DNA from: Psammoneis japonica
Taxonomy: Eukaryota
Length of the DNA stretch: 64,000 nt
Assembly (NCBI GenBank): GCA_008632985.1
Contig: QPGO01000049.1
Location: 372,001-436,000 of the forward strand
Direction of reading: 5' to 3'
The position numbers were made by a program, and so were the translations under genes. Positions within the stretch are counted from its first letter, which is position 1, and the number at the start of each line of letters is the position of its first letter. Below, piece by piece: positions 1-12,490 of this stretch. The notes below the pieces were generated by a model that was not told the origin of the DNA, made no database searches, and saw only the letters and a program-made list of their open reading frames with translations.

Positions 1-307
1 CCGGCTTCTTCATACAAACATGCCCATCTGATTTGGAACTCATGATAAGCAGAGGGATCAGTTCTCTTTGCCAAATGCAAAGAATCTGACTTATGGCGTA
101 ACGAACTCCATTTCAGTCTCTTAACCATCTTCCCAAGCCATGTCTCCCTGTCATCTGCGTCATCCTATATCCCCTCACATTTCATACCTCATTGATCTAA
201 GAAATGCCAAAGCTTCTCTCGTCTTTACCGCACACAGTGAAATGATAACTCGTCCGCGCTGCCTTGATCTTCCGGCGCATAGGTTCCTGTCAAAACGAAA
301 AGTTTCA

Positions 308-1329
308 TCATTCATCCACAAGGTCTTCTTCCTTTACCAACGCATATTCTATAACGTCTTGCGCCTCCAACTCCGCGTCTTGCATTGTTTTGAAGATACC
401 AGACCATGGTGTCAACAAATCATAAATGACGACCCCAAGCATTGTGTACGTGCCAATCAGTAGAGACCAACAGACACTCAATTGAAAGTTGAGAAGAGTG
501 TTGTCGTTCAATTCACTGCTGCCAACGTCCGTCTCCAGCAAGAAGACAAAGAGCAAGGTTGCCGCCAACACAACCATATTACCATAGTGTGCTGGTGAAA
601 AGGTTGTTTGAATGGCCGCAATCAGGTCGGCACGGATATCCTTGAACCTGTTAACGGATCCGTACACTTCTCCGATAAAGGATGGGATCTGTTCTGCTGG
701 TGCCTCGTTGGACATGTCATTGAGGAGTAGCAAGAGTAATGAAATTTCATTGCGCTGGCGTAGCGTCACTGGAGTGACGCGGCGAGATTCGAATTGAGCC
801 ATTGTCTTGGAGACAAACGATGTCACGAGCTGAAGCCCTTTTGATTTGTAGGGTTCAGGAAATCCTTGAACTAAGAGTTGAATTTCATGAACCTCTTCGA
901 TTTGGCCGATTAGCATTTTGTGAATATTGATTTGACGGTCGTACAGTGTTTGAATAGTCATGGCCACCAATGTACCAAATAGAATGGAAACGCTAAGCGT
1001 CACGGGACCACCCAACACATCCTTCGTCACGGAACTAATGGTAGTGTCATCCCAAGCATACCCCGATGCGCTTGCTAGAAAGTCATGGAATACTCTATTG
1101 GTATCACGTACAAGAAAAAAGCAGCCGTGGCCAGAACCGGTGGCATTCCCCATGCAAACGCGTCCAGGTCTGGCGGTGGAAGTGTCTTGTGGTCGGATTC
1201 AGAAGCACTGTAATATTCTCGTTCAGCTGCTAGACGAAGAGGGGTTCGAACGTGAGAATATGGACCCCATGCACTAGTGATGGTGAAAGCGCTTAATACG
1301 ACAATAGTTGGAAGCTGCTGTCGTCTCAT
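308..1329 (-). CDS. Multi-pass membrane protein (DUF4239/bestrophin-like), probably plastid-targeted; apparent 1-nt frameshift near 1105
   Basis: The N-terminus MRRQQLPTIVVLSAFTITSAW-GP (signal peptide plus SAW, an ASAFAP-like motif) is in one frame. The hydrophobic body (SVSILFGTLVAMTIQTLYDRQ...VVIYDLLTPWSG) is in another, switching at ...AAFFLY/DTNRVFHDF. The family call is from recalled motifs only. Confidence 0.6.
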
Positions 1330-1422
1330 GGCTGTGCAATTCTTGTTGTCAGTCGACCCAACTTGGAAACCGTTTTGATGTGAGAAAGATCCAAAAGATA
1401 TGAGCACGTAGAAATCAGTACA

Positions 1423-1632
1423 TTGGGGGAAGTCTCCAGCCAGCTGCTGGCTGAAAAAAGTCTGCTCGTCAGTGCGTTTGGGGGTTTTGCAAGTACAAGT
1501 TTTACGTACGCAAAATAAGACGAGTCTGTCCAGCGTTCACCAAAACCCCCTAACGCACAGATTGACAGACTCTTTCAGTACAATTTCTACACAAAATTCT
1601 TCAGCCAGCAGCTGGCTGGAGACTTCCCCCAA
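1423..1632. mobile_element. MITE-like foldback element with perfect 33-bp terminal inverted repeats
   Basis: 1423-1455 TTGGGGGAAGTCTCCAGCCAGCTGCTGGCTGAA is the exact reverse complement of 1600-1632. Inner arms are also complementary (agtctgctcgtcagtgcgtttgggggttttg vs caaaaccccctaacgcacagattgacagact). CA flanks both ends. Confidence 0.8.
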
Positions 1633-1649
1633 CATTCTCTACGTGAATC

Positions 1650-3930
1650 CCAATCGGTGTTCCGCCTCGCCTCATCCCACTGCATTCGTTGTTACTCTGT
1701 ACACTCTACAACATAACAACTTCTGTACTGGAGCCCAACGACGACACTCTTCGACTGTCGACTTCGACTTCAATCTCATCTGCAACATCTCAGCAACTCA
1801 CATTTCGTTGTTGCAACAGAACACACCAGCCGCGGTCTCGCAATGGAAGCAAGACACAACCATGGCTCACACGGCTCTTTTTCTAAAGGTTCTTGCTGCG
1901 GCACTTCTCGGCACCTACATTGAAAAGACACTGTTGCCCGAAGCCCTGTTGGATTTCTTGACGGAACCCCCTCCGGCACTGCTGGACTTCCACGAGCTTT
2001 TGGCTTGTTGCTGCTCGTTCTCATTGTCGCCTCCTTTTGGACCGTTTCCTGTGGGCTCTCCTGTGGCAGTCAGCGTCAAAAATTCAAGGAAAAGGCAATC
2101 AAGGATGGGGAACAGAATGCAGAGGAGCTTCATTCCCCACCAAACCTCCATGTCTGGAGCAACACCCCAAACGCTCTCGCCTTTGACGCTGTCCAATGCA
2201 GCCACCAGCAAATTCTTGAAACCTTGCCTCAGTGTTTCTTGTCGGTGCCAGTGGCGGGTTTGGGATTTCCCTTCGCAACTGCTCTGAATTGTGCCCTTTG
2301 GCTCATTGCCAGAAGCACATGGGCAAAAGGACGTGCAGAGGGTGGGCCGGACAAGCGACACTCTCATCATCTTTCCTTCTGCATTTGGTTTGGCCTCGTG
2401 TGGAACGTGTTTGTGTCCTTCGTGACAATTGCAAACATTGTCGCGGGCAAAAAGGCTCTGTTTTGGCAACTTGGGCAGGGTGTTGTGCACGCTCTATAGA
2501 TCCACAGCAGCTGGAGCAGAGAGGCTGCAGGGTGAAGCATCCATTTTGAACGCCAATGCAAGCCAAACTGTCTGGTTGGTCCCTTGCACATTTTTGTCCT
2601 TTTTTCAACACCTTCTTTAGTCCTTCATAATTCTTTGGTTCTGTGAGTCAGAGAGATTCAGGATCTGAGGGCAGAAAGATGGTGAATGATGACAAGAAGC
2701 AAGGTGCACTTCTGCACCTTTTTTTGGCTGTTGCTGTGCATGGAAATGGAAATTCAAGACTTTTCTCAATTGCAACCCCCTCGGCCATGCTCCCTGAGTG
2801 CACGCTGTTGCACTTGACAACAGCGGTGCATTTGCAAGGAAACTCAGTTGGGGTCCCACCAGAAAAAGAGGAAGAGGGGAAGCGATTGACACATTTGTGG
2901 CCCACATGGTCAGGCAGGCATGCAAGATGCCCGCTCACTCTTGGTGCAAAGTCAAAGCAAATGGTGCTGTGGGCACCTCTGTCCAGCCCAACAGCAAGGC
3001 CACCCAGGCAAAAGAGCACAAAGAAATGCTGCACTGACAAGCAGCAAATGGCTGTTCAGTCAGAAGTGCTTCACACAATGGCGTTGATTGAAGTCACATG
3101 ATGCAGCTCCACGGAAAATTTGCAGGGTGTTTCACAGCTCTCAGCATCCCATGACAGCAACCACCAGCAGTGCAATCATGGGAACATCCAACTCCATGAC
3201 AATCAACCAAAAGCTGCTGCTGGGGGCATGAAGGTGCAGCTGTTGTGATGCACTGGTGGGCCACAAAATTGTCGCCCATCACTGGGCCAAAGATGTGGGG
3301 GGTCAATGTGGCACAAAAAGTGCTTTAACCACAACTCTGATGACAGGCAGACAGGCAGTGGGCAGACTGGTGGGTTGCTGTGTTGGGCAGATGACTCGCG
3401 ACTGATGAATTGCGAGTGGCGAGAAAAAGCAAAGCAGTCGATGAGTTGACAAACCGAACATCCAACAACTCATCTCTCACAATGAGGGAGTCTCACCCTC
3501 CAGCCCACAAAAGTGCCACAATTGCAAGGGGGATGAAAAATGTGTTGCGCAACAAGCTTCTGCTGCCACTCGCCACAAAATGAGCATGCAAACAGGAGCA
3601 AAAGAAGACAATCTCACCAAACCAGTTGTCAGTGATCAACCTGCATGAGGCCAACTCTGACAACACTCCTTTGGCTTCTCCTCCTCTGCTCCACCCCACT
3701 GTCAGAGTTGTGGCTCACACAGCATGGCTCTAGAAGGTGAGAGACAATGGAGAAATCATGCGCACTGTCGCCGAAGGGGGAGATCCTTGGGTGCCACTCT
3801 GTGATCTTCTGCCCAACAACCCTGATGACTTGATCCTGCACATCAACATGGTCCTCTTTCTAGACTTGCCGGTGCATGTGATCCTTTCTTTTTTATGTTT
3901 TGAAGTTTGTTGCGGCAGCGGTGGCATGAG
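1650..3930. other. TpA-depleted degenerate block, original identity not recognised
   Basis: TA is nearly absent and TG/CA is in excess. The overlapping ORFs are Cys/His/Trp-rich and Tyr-poor. Boundaries were estimated by eye. Confidence 0.7.
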
Positions 3931-4200
3931 TGACTGCTCGAGCAGCTAGCAGTAGAAGTAAACCCAGGTTCGTCCAGCGCTTTTTCACGACTGAAAACGC
4001 CATCAATGAAAAGAGGACGGACACGCGAAGCGTGTTGTTGTTGCGTAGGCCTACGGTAGCGTTGGGCGGTGTTTGTTGGGTGTTGGGTGGTGAGCATCAA
4101 CTTCCTCAATTACTTCGCAACATGAAACGAACTCGGAAAACGTCCTTGAAATCATCCGGATCTTCTGCATCTCTTCCATGATATCACCTCGCACCTTGAA

Positions 4201-5526
4201 ATGAGCCTTTTGAAGAGCTCTCGTCGCAACTCAAACTATCGTGCGGTTGAATCATCTCAGGATGAGAACTCCACTACTCTGTTGGCCACCAATTCGCAGG
4301 ATCACCATCCTCAACAAAAAGAGCTATTTCCAGTCACATCGATAGAACTGTTTTCTGACTTGGTCGTCGCCTCCGTTGTGGCGTCACTCTCGTATCAGAT
4401 TACCTTAGAAACGCCGGGCCTCGTTGACTGGCTGTGGTACTGGCTCCGGCTGTTCTTCATCTGGAACGTTTGGGGCGGCTGCTTATTTTTAAACGATGTG
4501 GTAGACTTGTATGGGTGGAAAAAATACGCAGAGGCAGCAGTTGGTATCAACGTGGCCGGGACCGTCTTTGCGCTGGCAGCGCTGGCAAAAACGGCATTGG
4601 ATGATAGCAATGCCGCCACGGCCGCCATTTACATACTCGCGCGGCTTTCCTTCATGGTACTTCTCGACGTTGAATCTGTCGGTCCTCGTGGCAGTCATGT
4701 CAGTGAAGAACGATATGAAAATTATAAAGGAGCAACCGGTAGCTTTCAGCTTATCACTGCTACAGAGTGCTGTCCACTCGTAATTGCACTACTGTGTTTT
4801 CGACATTTCGGCAAGTCTGCGATTCTTTTCGGAGGTTATTGCACTTGGGTTTTCTTTCTGATATGGCGCGGTTTGATTGCTCAGCGAGTGAGCGACATTT
4901 TGGCAGGCAGATACGATGACACGAGTCGAGAACTGATTTTCAACTCGGAACACCTTCGAGAACGTAACGATGTCATAACATTGGCAGTCTTCGGTCAGCT
5001 TTGTTTCGTAAGCCAATCTGGAGGGCAAGCAGATCAAGTGTCTTTCCGGGCGCTCGTTACCGCCATTAATTCATTCTCATTGTACTATCAAACTATTGGA
5101 CGGACGCAGCATATGCAAGAGTTTACAGTTGAGGAACACCCGCAGTTCCAGAACGCACAATTGGTGATATTCTGTATCATCTCGTCAATGGCAGTGCCGT
5201 TTGGTCAGATTGTACGAGATCAAAGCGAGACTATAGATTGGAAGATGAATCCACATGCTCTGCTGTTGGACTTGTGCGGTGCCTTTGTGGTTGTATTGGG
5301 ACTTGTCTGTCTTTTGTTGGATGCGACAGAAAGAGTCGTGGCCCGAAAGTATCGCGTAGCTCTTTTGCTCGGAACGGGCAGTCTCCTCATTAGCTTGGGT
5401 CACGTGGTAAAGATTGCACACAGTGCGGATGTGATTGTTCCGGTTGTCTATTTTACCTTGGCGGTGATCCATGGATGGGCTTCTCGCGGCAAGCAATCTC
5501 TACCTACCGCGCCGGTAGCCAGATAG
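4201..5526 (+). CDS. Low-temperature-requirement-A (LtrA)-like multi-pass membrane protein
   Basis: 441-aa ORF with ELFSDLVV near the N-terminus and HLRERNDVITLAVFGQ, resembling LtrA ELFxDL and HLxERxxLxxIIxLGE; many TM segments. Confidence 0.7.
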   Translation: MSLLKSSRRNSNYRAVESSQDENSTTLLATNSQDHHPQQKELFPVTSIELFSDLVVASVVASLSYQITLETPGLVDWLWYWLRLFFIWNVWGGCLFLNDVVDLYGWKKYAEAAVGINVAGTVFALAALAKTALDDSNAATAAIYILARLSFMVLLDVESVGPRGSHVSEERYENYKGATGSFQLITATECCPLVIALLCFRHFGKSAILFGGYCTWVFFLIWRGLIAQRVSDILAGRYDDTSRELIFNSEHLRERNDVITLAVFGQLCFVSQSGGQADQVSFRALVTAINSFSLYYQTIGRTQHMQEFTVEEHPQFQNAQLVIFCIISSMAVPFGQIVRDQSETIDWKMNPHALLLDLCGAFVVVLGLVCLLLDATERVVARKYRVALLLGTGSLLISLGHVVKIAHSADVIVPVVYFTLAVIHGWASRGKQSLPTAPVAR

Positions 5527-5854
5527 TTTGAGAAGAATGGAAGCGAACTGCGGCCTCGAATAGGTGTTCGCCACTCAATGCTACTAGAGCGGAGGCTTTT
5601 AGGAGCAGATCGTAGTTTGAGACTGCGTATGGAAGCCAAAAGATTCTGTTCACTAGTTCAAATTATTGTACTTCATCAACAATACTAGTGCTCTCGTTTC
5701 TGTTTACTTCCGAACAAAAACTCAGGAAAGAGAATGTACTTTGACTTTTCTGAAACGCAATTCGGGCAGCCTCATACCCCGTGAGGAATAAATAAATAGA
5801 TGCTCCCATGGACAAGACTTCCAAAGTGTTGTCCCGGTTGAAATTCATCTCTAT

Positions 5855-8800
5855 TTAAAACTGCCATAGCTCTTCGTCGAGAGCCAGCCGCGACCAACTC
5901 TTGGACACAATACCTGCATTGTAGAGATCGTCGTTCGATAGATACGAGAAGACTCCAAGAGCAACGGTTTTCGTTTGTGCAGGATTGCGTGGTCCAAAGA
6001 ATTGGAACCTCGCCTCCTCCTAGAACGCAACACACACACACACAAAATGCCAGATTAGACGCCTCACGTGTAAAATAGTTGACAGAATCTCGAATATCCG
6101 ACACTTACCTTGGAATCACCATGACGAAGTTTCCTCTTCTTCTTGCTTGAATGGGGATCAAAACCCAAACGAACGGCGGGTGTGCGGGGAGTGGCCAGAC
6201 GCGGAGTGATTTGTTGCGGTTGACGATGAAGATGTATCGATTGCTGATGTGGATTGAAATTTCCTCTCGCCGCAGAAAGCCCTCCTGCTCGACGCGGATC
6301 ACTTCGTGCACTCTGAGGCTTGTTTGAAACATAGCTAGGAGTGACTGCAGGTGGCAAACCCATTGGAGAGTATCCCATGGGCGGAGCCATGGGGTAGGGA
6401 GCCAATCCATAATGCTGCGACGACGCTGATTGCCCACGTTGGGCACTGTGTGGCGCCGGACTGGGCTGGATCATGGGAGGCATGCGCTGCTGCATGTGAC
6501 CAGCATCGCCCTGCTGGCTCTGAAGATTGGCTACCATTGCAGGAGACGGCATGGTCGTGGCGCGCATTTCAGTGAGAGATCGCTTCCCCTTCCACGCTTC
6601 ATCGGCGCTTCTCATGGCAAATTCTGCGCCCTTGTGGTCTTTAATTTTTCTCCGTTTGTCAATGAGTGCCTGCGATCCAACATAGTTGAGACATTCAACG
6701 CACTTGCATTTGCTTCCACACATGACCCCCGCTTGGAAACACTGAACAATGAAAACGGCGCACGTGAGCCTACTACCAACAACGAGCAAACCAAATTTTG
6801 TTTGATCTTGACACATCTTACCTCGCAATACTTCTTCAAACACTCCGAACGCTTACACCGACAACCCATGTTGTGTCCACTAGACGGAGACGCTGCACTC
6901 CTCCCGCTTCCGGGTGTATTTCTTGACACTATTCTTGGTTTGAACGCATTTGGATTCTTGGCCTTTGTATCCTTGATAGCCTTTGCACGAATCGCCTCCT
7001 GTAATATGGGTTCAAAGACAAATGTCAGTCACCAGGTTCCAAAAATGAAAATTTACAAATCACCAAGCAGCACTCACATGTTCTAGCGAGTTGTGACAAT
7101 CGGCACAATTGCATTGATTACAATACTTTTCATTCGCAAAGCATTCACAGTAAAGCTTCAAGCACTTTGACTTTTTACAATTGCATGCACTCTTTTTCTT
7201 TTTCGACGTTGGCGTTGCATTCTCCTTGTCCGTGTCGGGTGTCTTGAGAGACCTGGATGACATGGGTGTGTGCTTGCCGGCACTCGGAAAAGTGCTCGAC
7301 ACGTCCCGCTTGACGGGAGTCGCCAAGTCATACGAGGACGACGGTCTCTCGTATCCATGACTCGAGGTACCTCGAACCATGCTGTTGATACCCTCAAGGC
7401 TCTTTCTAGTTTCCACCTGTTTCATTCCCACATCTCCCAACTGCAACAACGCAACAGTGTGAGTAAATTGTAGCAATCCACAGAAAATCATGACGCACTA
7501 CAATCGATATCGCCTCTTACCTCAAGCCTCACGGATGGAGCTGAAGAAGCAGCACCAGAGGACTGTCCCATACTATCGTACCAAGACTGCTTTTGTTTGG
7601 AACTGTTTGACTTGATTGCCACGGGCGACGGTTTGAGACCCTTTGTGGCTGTAGAACCACCGCGTTTGGATGTAGAAGGAAACGACGAAGCCTGCTCCGA
7701 TTTTCCTGATCGAGGTGAAGCCATCAATGGTACCGTCGGTCCAAAACTGGCTCTGCAATAACGAAACGAACAAGTGACACGATAAGATCACGTTCTTCAA
7801 AACTACCAAAAAAAAACAATATCATTTCCAAAAACTCACGCCGCAGCATCCCGCCTCGACTCCATGGGCGACGGCGCTCCCTGCAACGGACTCATGTCTC
7901 CCAAAAAGCTCGAAAAGGGTGACGACGGCGAGGCACGCCGTTGCTGCAGTCCCTGCTTGGGCTCGAATTGAATTCCCGAATCATTGAGATTGGAAATGGG
8001 AAAGGGAGCCGCCTCGTCGCCACCAAACCCGACGGAAAGGACGGCCCATGGGTGAAAACTCGTCCAGCTTGGCCGCGTCCATGGTACCACCCGGAGTGTC
8101 CATTCCAAAGCTGCCATAATAGCCAATGCTGGGAGTGCCAGTGCCAAACAGAGGGGATCTCTTGTATTTCTGAAAATTGCAAAAGAAAAAGTGTGAGATG
8201 CCATTGCAATATGATTTGCGCACACAATGTCACTGTCATACATTCTTACCTTTGCAGAATTCTTGTCTGGAATGGGAGATCGAAACGGCGATCGTACAGG
8301 TGCGGCTGGGGGAGCCTTGTGTGGAGTCGTTGTTGTTGTTGTTGTCGCCATGGGCTTGCTTGCCTGTTTGGACTGTTGTTGTTGTTGTTCATTGGGCTGC
8401 GCAAAGGTAGTATCCACTTCTGGAAACCCCGGATCCTTCCACTGGTCAGGTGGTGGCAGCGAGTACTGTGGATACGACGACGGCGGATACGGCGGCGGTG
8501 CATAGGCATACGCATAGGTCGGTTGTTGTTGTTGTTGCTGCTGCCGCGGTGTTGTGGTTGCTCACTAGTGTTGCTTGGAGGATAATACATGTACCCGTGA
8601 TAGTAGGGTGGTGGATACGCCGACGAACCATACGCTTGTGGTGGTGGTGGTGACGATGCTTTTGGTTGCTTATTTCGTGACGGTCGCTTTCCTCGTAGAG
8701 GTGAATCGGCATCAAACGATCCGATATTGAGACAATCCGCCATGGCGGGTCCCAAATCGTCATGATGCTGCTCCTTGGCAAGCTCCGTCGCCATGTAGAG

Positions 8801-9409
8801 TGGATCGTTCATCATTATCATTGCATTCTTGTTGTTCTTGTCCGTCTATGTGATTGATAAGATTCGTACGTCACGTGAGTTTTGAGAACACACACCGATT
8901 TCCGTGACGATCGAAAAAGTAGCCGTTGCCCAAAGTGAATCGTGTTTGACAAGGAAGGCGGGAAACCCGATTAGAACGCACCGAGTATCAGAAAAAACAG
9001 AAAAGGCAAGAAGTGCGTGAGAACAAGGTCAAAAGTGAAGTTCAAAAGTGAAAGATCAGCATACATAAGAAGTAAACATTAAAGATGCATATGTTCGTCA
9101 TACGCATGCATAAGTCATCCATAGCTACTGTAAAACGCAAAACACAGTCAAACTACGCACCGGTTGACCCATGTAGTGTGGGTGAGCCGCATACGCCGCA
9201 CCGGCATGATGATGATGATGCATGGGACTCGGTCTTCGAAAGGGTGATCCTTGCCACTGACGTGCCGCTTCTGCCGAAGACTTTTCGAGCGGCCCCAACT
9301 CGGATGCAAATCCCTCCAATGATGGTGCCAATTCTCTCTTCATGGCCGGACTTGTTGTGGCCGACGATTGTGGGGGCTGAAAGTCTCGTTTCGATGCGTC
9401 TTGGGACAT
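5855..9409 (-). CDS. Multi-exon CRC (tesmin/TSO1-like CXC) domain protein, LIN54/TCX-like, with a C-terminal F-box-like motif
   Basis: Two CXC motifs: [32 protein letters not shown] and [34 protein letters not shown]. Exon 1 (MSQDASKR...GQP) splices in frame to [12 protein letters not shown]. The last exon reads [32 protein letters not shown] (stop 5855-5857). One unresolved frame change near 8550. Confidence 0.8.
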
Positions 9410-10559
9410 TGTATACAGCGCGTTTTTGTCGGCCCGCAGCTATAAATCGGGATTGCTTTTTTCAACAAGGTGTCGTCTCGTCCACACAGTGTATATCGTT
9501 GCTGCTTCTCCTGCAATGAAGTCTGAGTTGTTGATGAAATTTGTACTCCTCGAGCTCTTTGCGACTGCCGTTTTACTGCAATGCGGAGATCGCACCTCCG
9601 AAAAACTCGACAATACGTACTGTATGCACAATAGCGTTCTGACTCCAATCAGCTCTTCTTACGCAATGCCTCAATAACGTAAGAACAGACTAAGCAACGA
9701 CAAGAGCACGTGCGTTACTGCAATGACTTGTGTAAGCGCAAGTCCCCCCCAATGCAGAATATGTGACACGGCTTGACACACGCTGTGCTTGTCTTCAACA
9801 ACACCCGACCCCGCCCAACGATTCAACTATGTACAACGCCGAGACAACAATCAACACACACTCAACCAAGTACAGCTCGCCCCTCCCTTTGATTAGCAGT
9901 GTCGGCGGCGGCGTTGGAAAGCAACACAAGAGCGCCGCCGTTTTTAATGGAGAGAAGAGCTGGCTCTTGCTGGCAGACCTTCTTCTTGTAAAGCCTCAAA
10001 GCGCGCCCAAATCAATCACATCACTTGACTGCACTCATTCCCGCGCTCTCTCGTAAAGGATGCAAGCGAACGTCCTACAACAAATCATGGTACACCCTCT
10101 ACTGCCGCCCAAAAATGGCGCGGAAAGGAGTTCCAAACGCTCTCTGCTTGCGCGCACCCCGCCAGTTTTTTACACGACTTGAGTACGTCAACGGAAAGGA
10201 AGGTGTCATGTACTCTATAGTCATTAACATCATATTGACCGATTTAAAATTCTATGTAGAAATCTACATGGCCAATACTCAAAAGGGCCGATGCACATGA
10301 CCGTTGAACCCGTCACACTCGACTGGCACGCGCTTGCCACCCAAGTATTCAAAGCTATGCACATGAATACATAGGAAGAGGGTGTCAAGTCACTATCGGA
10401 AATGTCCATTTTGACATTTATTCAGAGATACAGTGAAAATACAACAAACACCAACGTAAATAAATCTCCGGACGATGTAATGTTACATTCGCATTTTTAT
10501 GCTTGACTTTGTCTTACCGGCGTGTGCTATGATTCGGAGAGTGCTTTCCTGGGAATCAA

Positions 10560-12200
10560 TGAAATGATGCATGCAAGAATGTATGTTTCAATGTAAAAGA
10601 GCAAAACCTGAATGGCACAGAAAAGAGGATGCAAACCTTGGAATTGCCAATGGCGCATCATGAATCAGAAGCAACCCATCCGTTGCATCCAAATCACCCT
10701 TGCCAGTTCAATTGTCAGGTTGTTGATCTGCGGACAATTTGTGATTTTGTTTCAAATGGTGTTGCTGCTGCACTGCCGCTGAAAGTCTTGTTTCTTTGCA
10801 GTGGCAAGAGAGAGTGGCGCGGGCTCTGTTGCATCATGGTCGCCAGCACCCCCATCTTTGAGACCACACATCACACTCAGTTTGTCTGTGTCATTGGCAT
10901 TCCTTGCAGCCAGGTGTTCTTGCACCATTGACCAGCTGAGTTGTGATGCATGGCTCCGTCAACTTGAGGGCGACACACGCAAGATTTGTTGGCGCTTGGT
11001 GGCTTGGATGCCCCAAAAGAACATGCTCTCATCCTCTTCCTTCAGTTGTTGCATTTTGCAGCATTTGCACAAAGACGGAATGCTCTCTCTTTCTCTCTCC
11101 CTCTGTCTGTCTCTCTGGCCTCTCCTTTTGGAAACAAGGCCCCCCCCAAATCACTCATCTGCCTCCCTTTCTCTCTCTCTCTCTCTCTGCTGCAGAGGGC
11201 TTTTGAACTTGACGCAGCAGCCAGCCAGTGAGAGAGAGCAAGGTTTGACACATGATCATTTCTTGCCAACACCCTTCAACTGAACACACTGCATCATGAG
11301 ATGCCAAAAGTGAGAAAGCCAACAATCTGTCACATGCCACCAGGCCAGAATGCAGTGTGAGCAAAACCTGCCTCTCTTTGTTCTGTGCGCAGCCAGTTGG
11401 AAGAAGTCCAACACACAGCTTGGTGGTGTCACAAACAAAGTTTTGCTGAGTGTGTCAGTTTGCTTTCTCTCACAATGAACAACCCCCCCCCCCCCCCCCC
11501 CATCGCCCTTTGTGGAAAGAGAGTGATCCAGACCTGTTGACACACACTTTTTTCTGAAGAAAGCCCGCTTGTCTTCTGGTGCAAGCACTGCGCAGCAGCA
11601 AGATGAGCAGTCATGCACCACTCTGCTGCTGGTGCTGCCAATGAAGTTCTGTGGCAGAGTTTTTTTTGTGTAAAACATGCACTGGTGTTTTGCTGATGGC
11701 TCTGCAAAGCCAAACCCAGGAAAGCAGTGCATGCAATGTGCGCGCACCACATCAGTGCAGGGCCACATGACTGACAAGGGCTGTTGCCCAGGCTTGTTGC
11801 AAACAATGGCATGCATGGCCAGCTCTGGTTGGGCGGCCAAATTGAGCGTGTCTGCCAGGACACTGACAGGCGTCAATGCAGATGCCTGGGCACGGTTGTT
11901 GGCGCAGTGCCAGCCTGGTGCAACTGCATGGCAGCACCCAGATGGTGGCTGTCCTTTCAATGTGGTGAGTGGGTGCCTGGTTCTGGACAGAGTGCAAACA
12001 CACGCACAGTTGTTTTGCATCCACAGCTGACATGGTGGCTCTGCGCATGACCAAAATGTGATCAGATTGTGGGCTTTGGCACAAGAAGAAAATGCTTGAG
12101 ACACAAATGTTGTAAACCAAGTCAGTTCATAACATCATGATGTGCTAAAATTGTGTTTGTAAAAATGGCTGAGGCTGTCACAACAAGGTCAGCGAATTTT
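10560..12200. pseudogene. TpA-depleted degenerate block, possibly a decayed ankyrin-like host gene; contains (CT)n and poly-C tracts
   Basis: TA is nearly absent. The + frame LLAQCQPGATAWQHPDGGCPFNVVS resembles diatom ankyrin-like repeats if Cys is read as Tyr (weak). Poly-C at about 11483-11501. Confidence 0.35.
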
Positions 12201-12490
12201 GAATTCAAAATGACGTGGACGTCGACATGACGTCATGATGACAACTTGTCGGAGGGAGAAATTCGAAAAGATTCTCAGTCCAACGTGCATGCAACGCAAC
12301 GTGCGTCAGTTCGGTCCGCACTGACATGCATGACACTTCGAGTGTCAACGGCATTGGTTGGCTTGACACAGACCTACTGTACCATACCGGGTACATCCAT
12401 TCCTACGACACTCGTGGAGATTCATTGCCATAAAACTGGATCGACAGGAATATTCGTTTGGTTGAATCATCTAACGATTGCACCGCCGTC

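Noticed and set aside
1472..3101. Long ORFs (271, 191, 164 and 152 aa) as genes
   Set aside because: They overlap in several frames, run through a MITE, have no recognisable domain, and are explained by loss of TAA/TAG.
3493..3699. piggyBac transposase suggested by LITDNWFG
   Set aside because: Only one short motif; no other transposase motifs, TIRs or TTAA sites were found.
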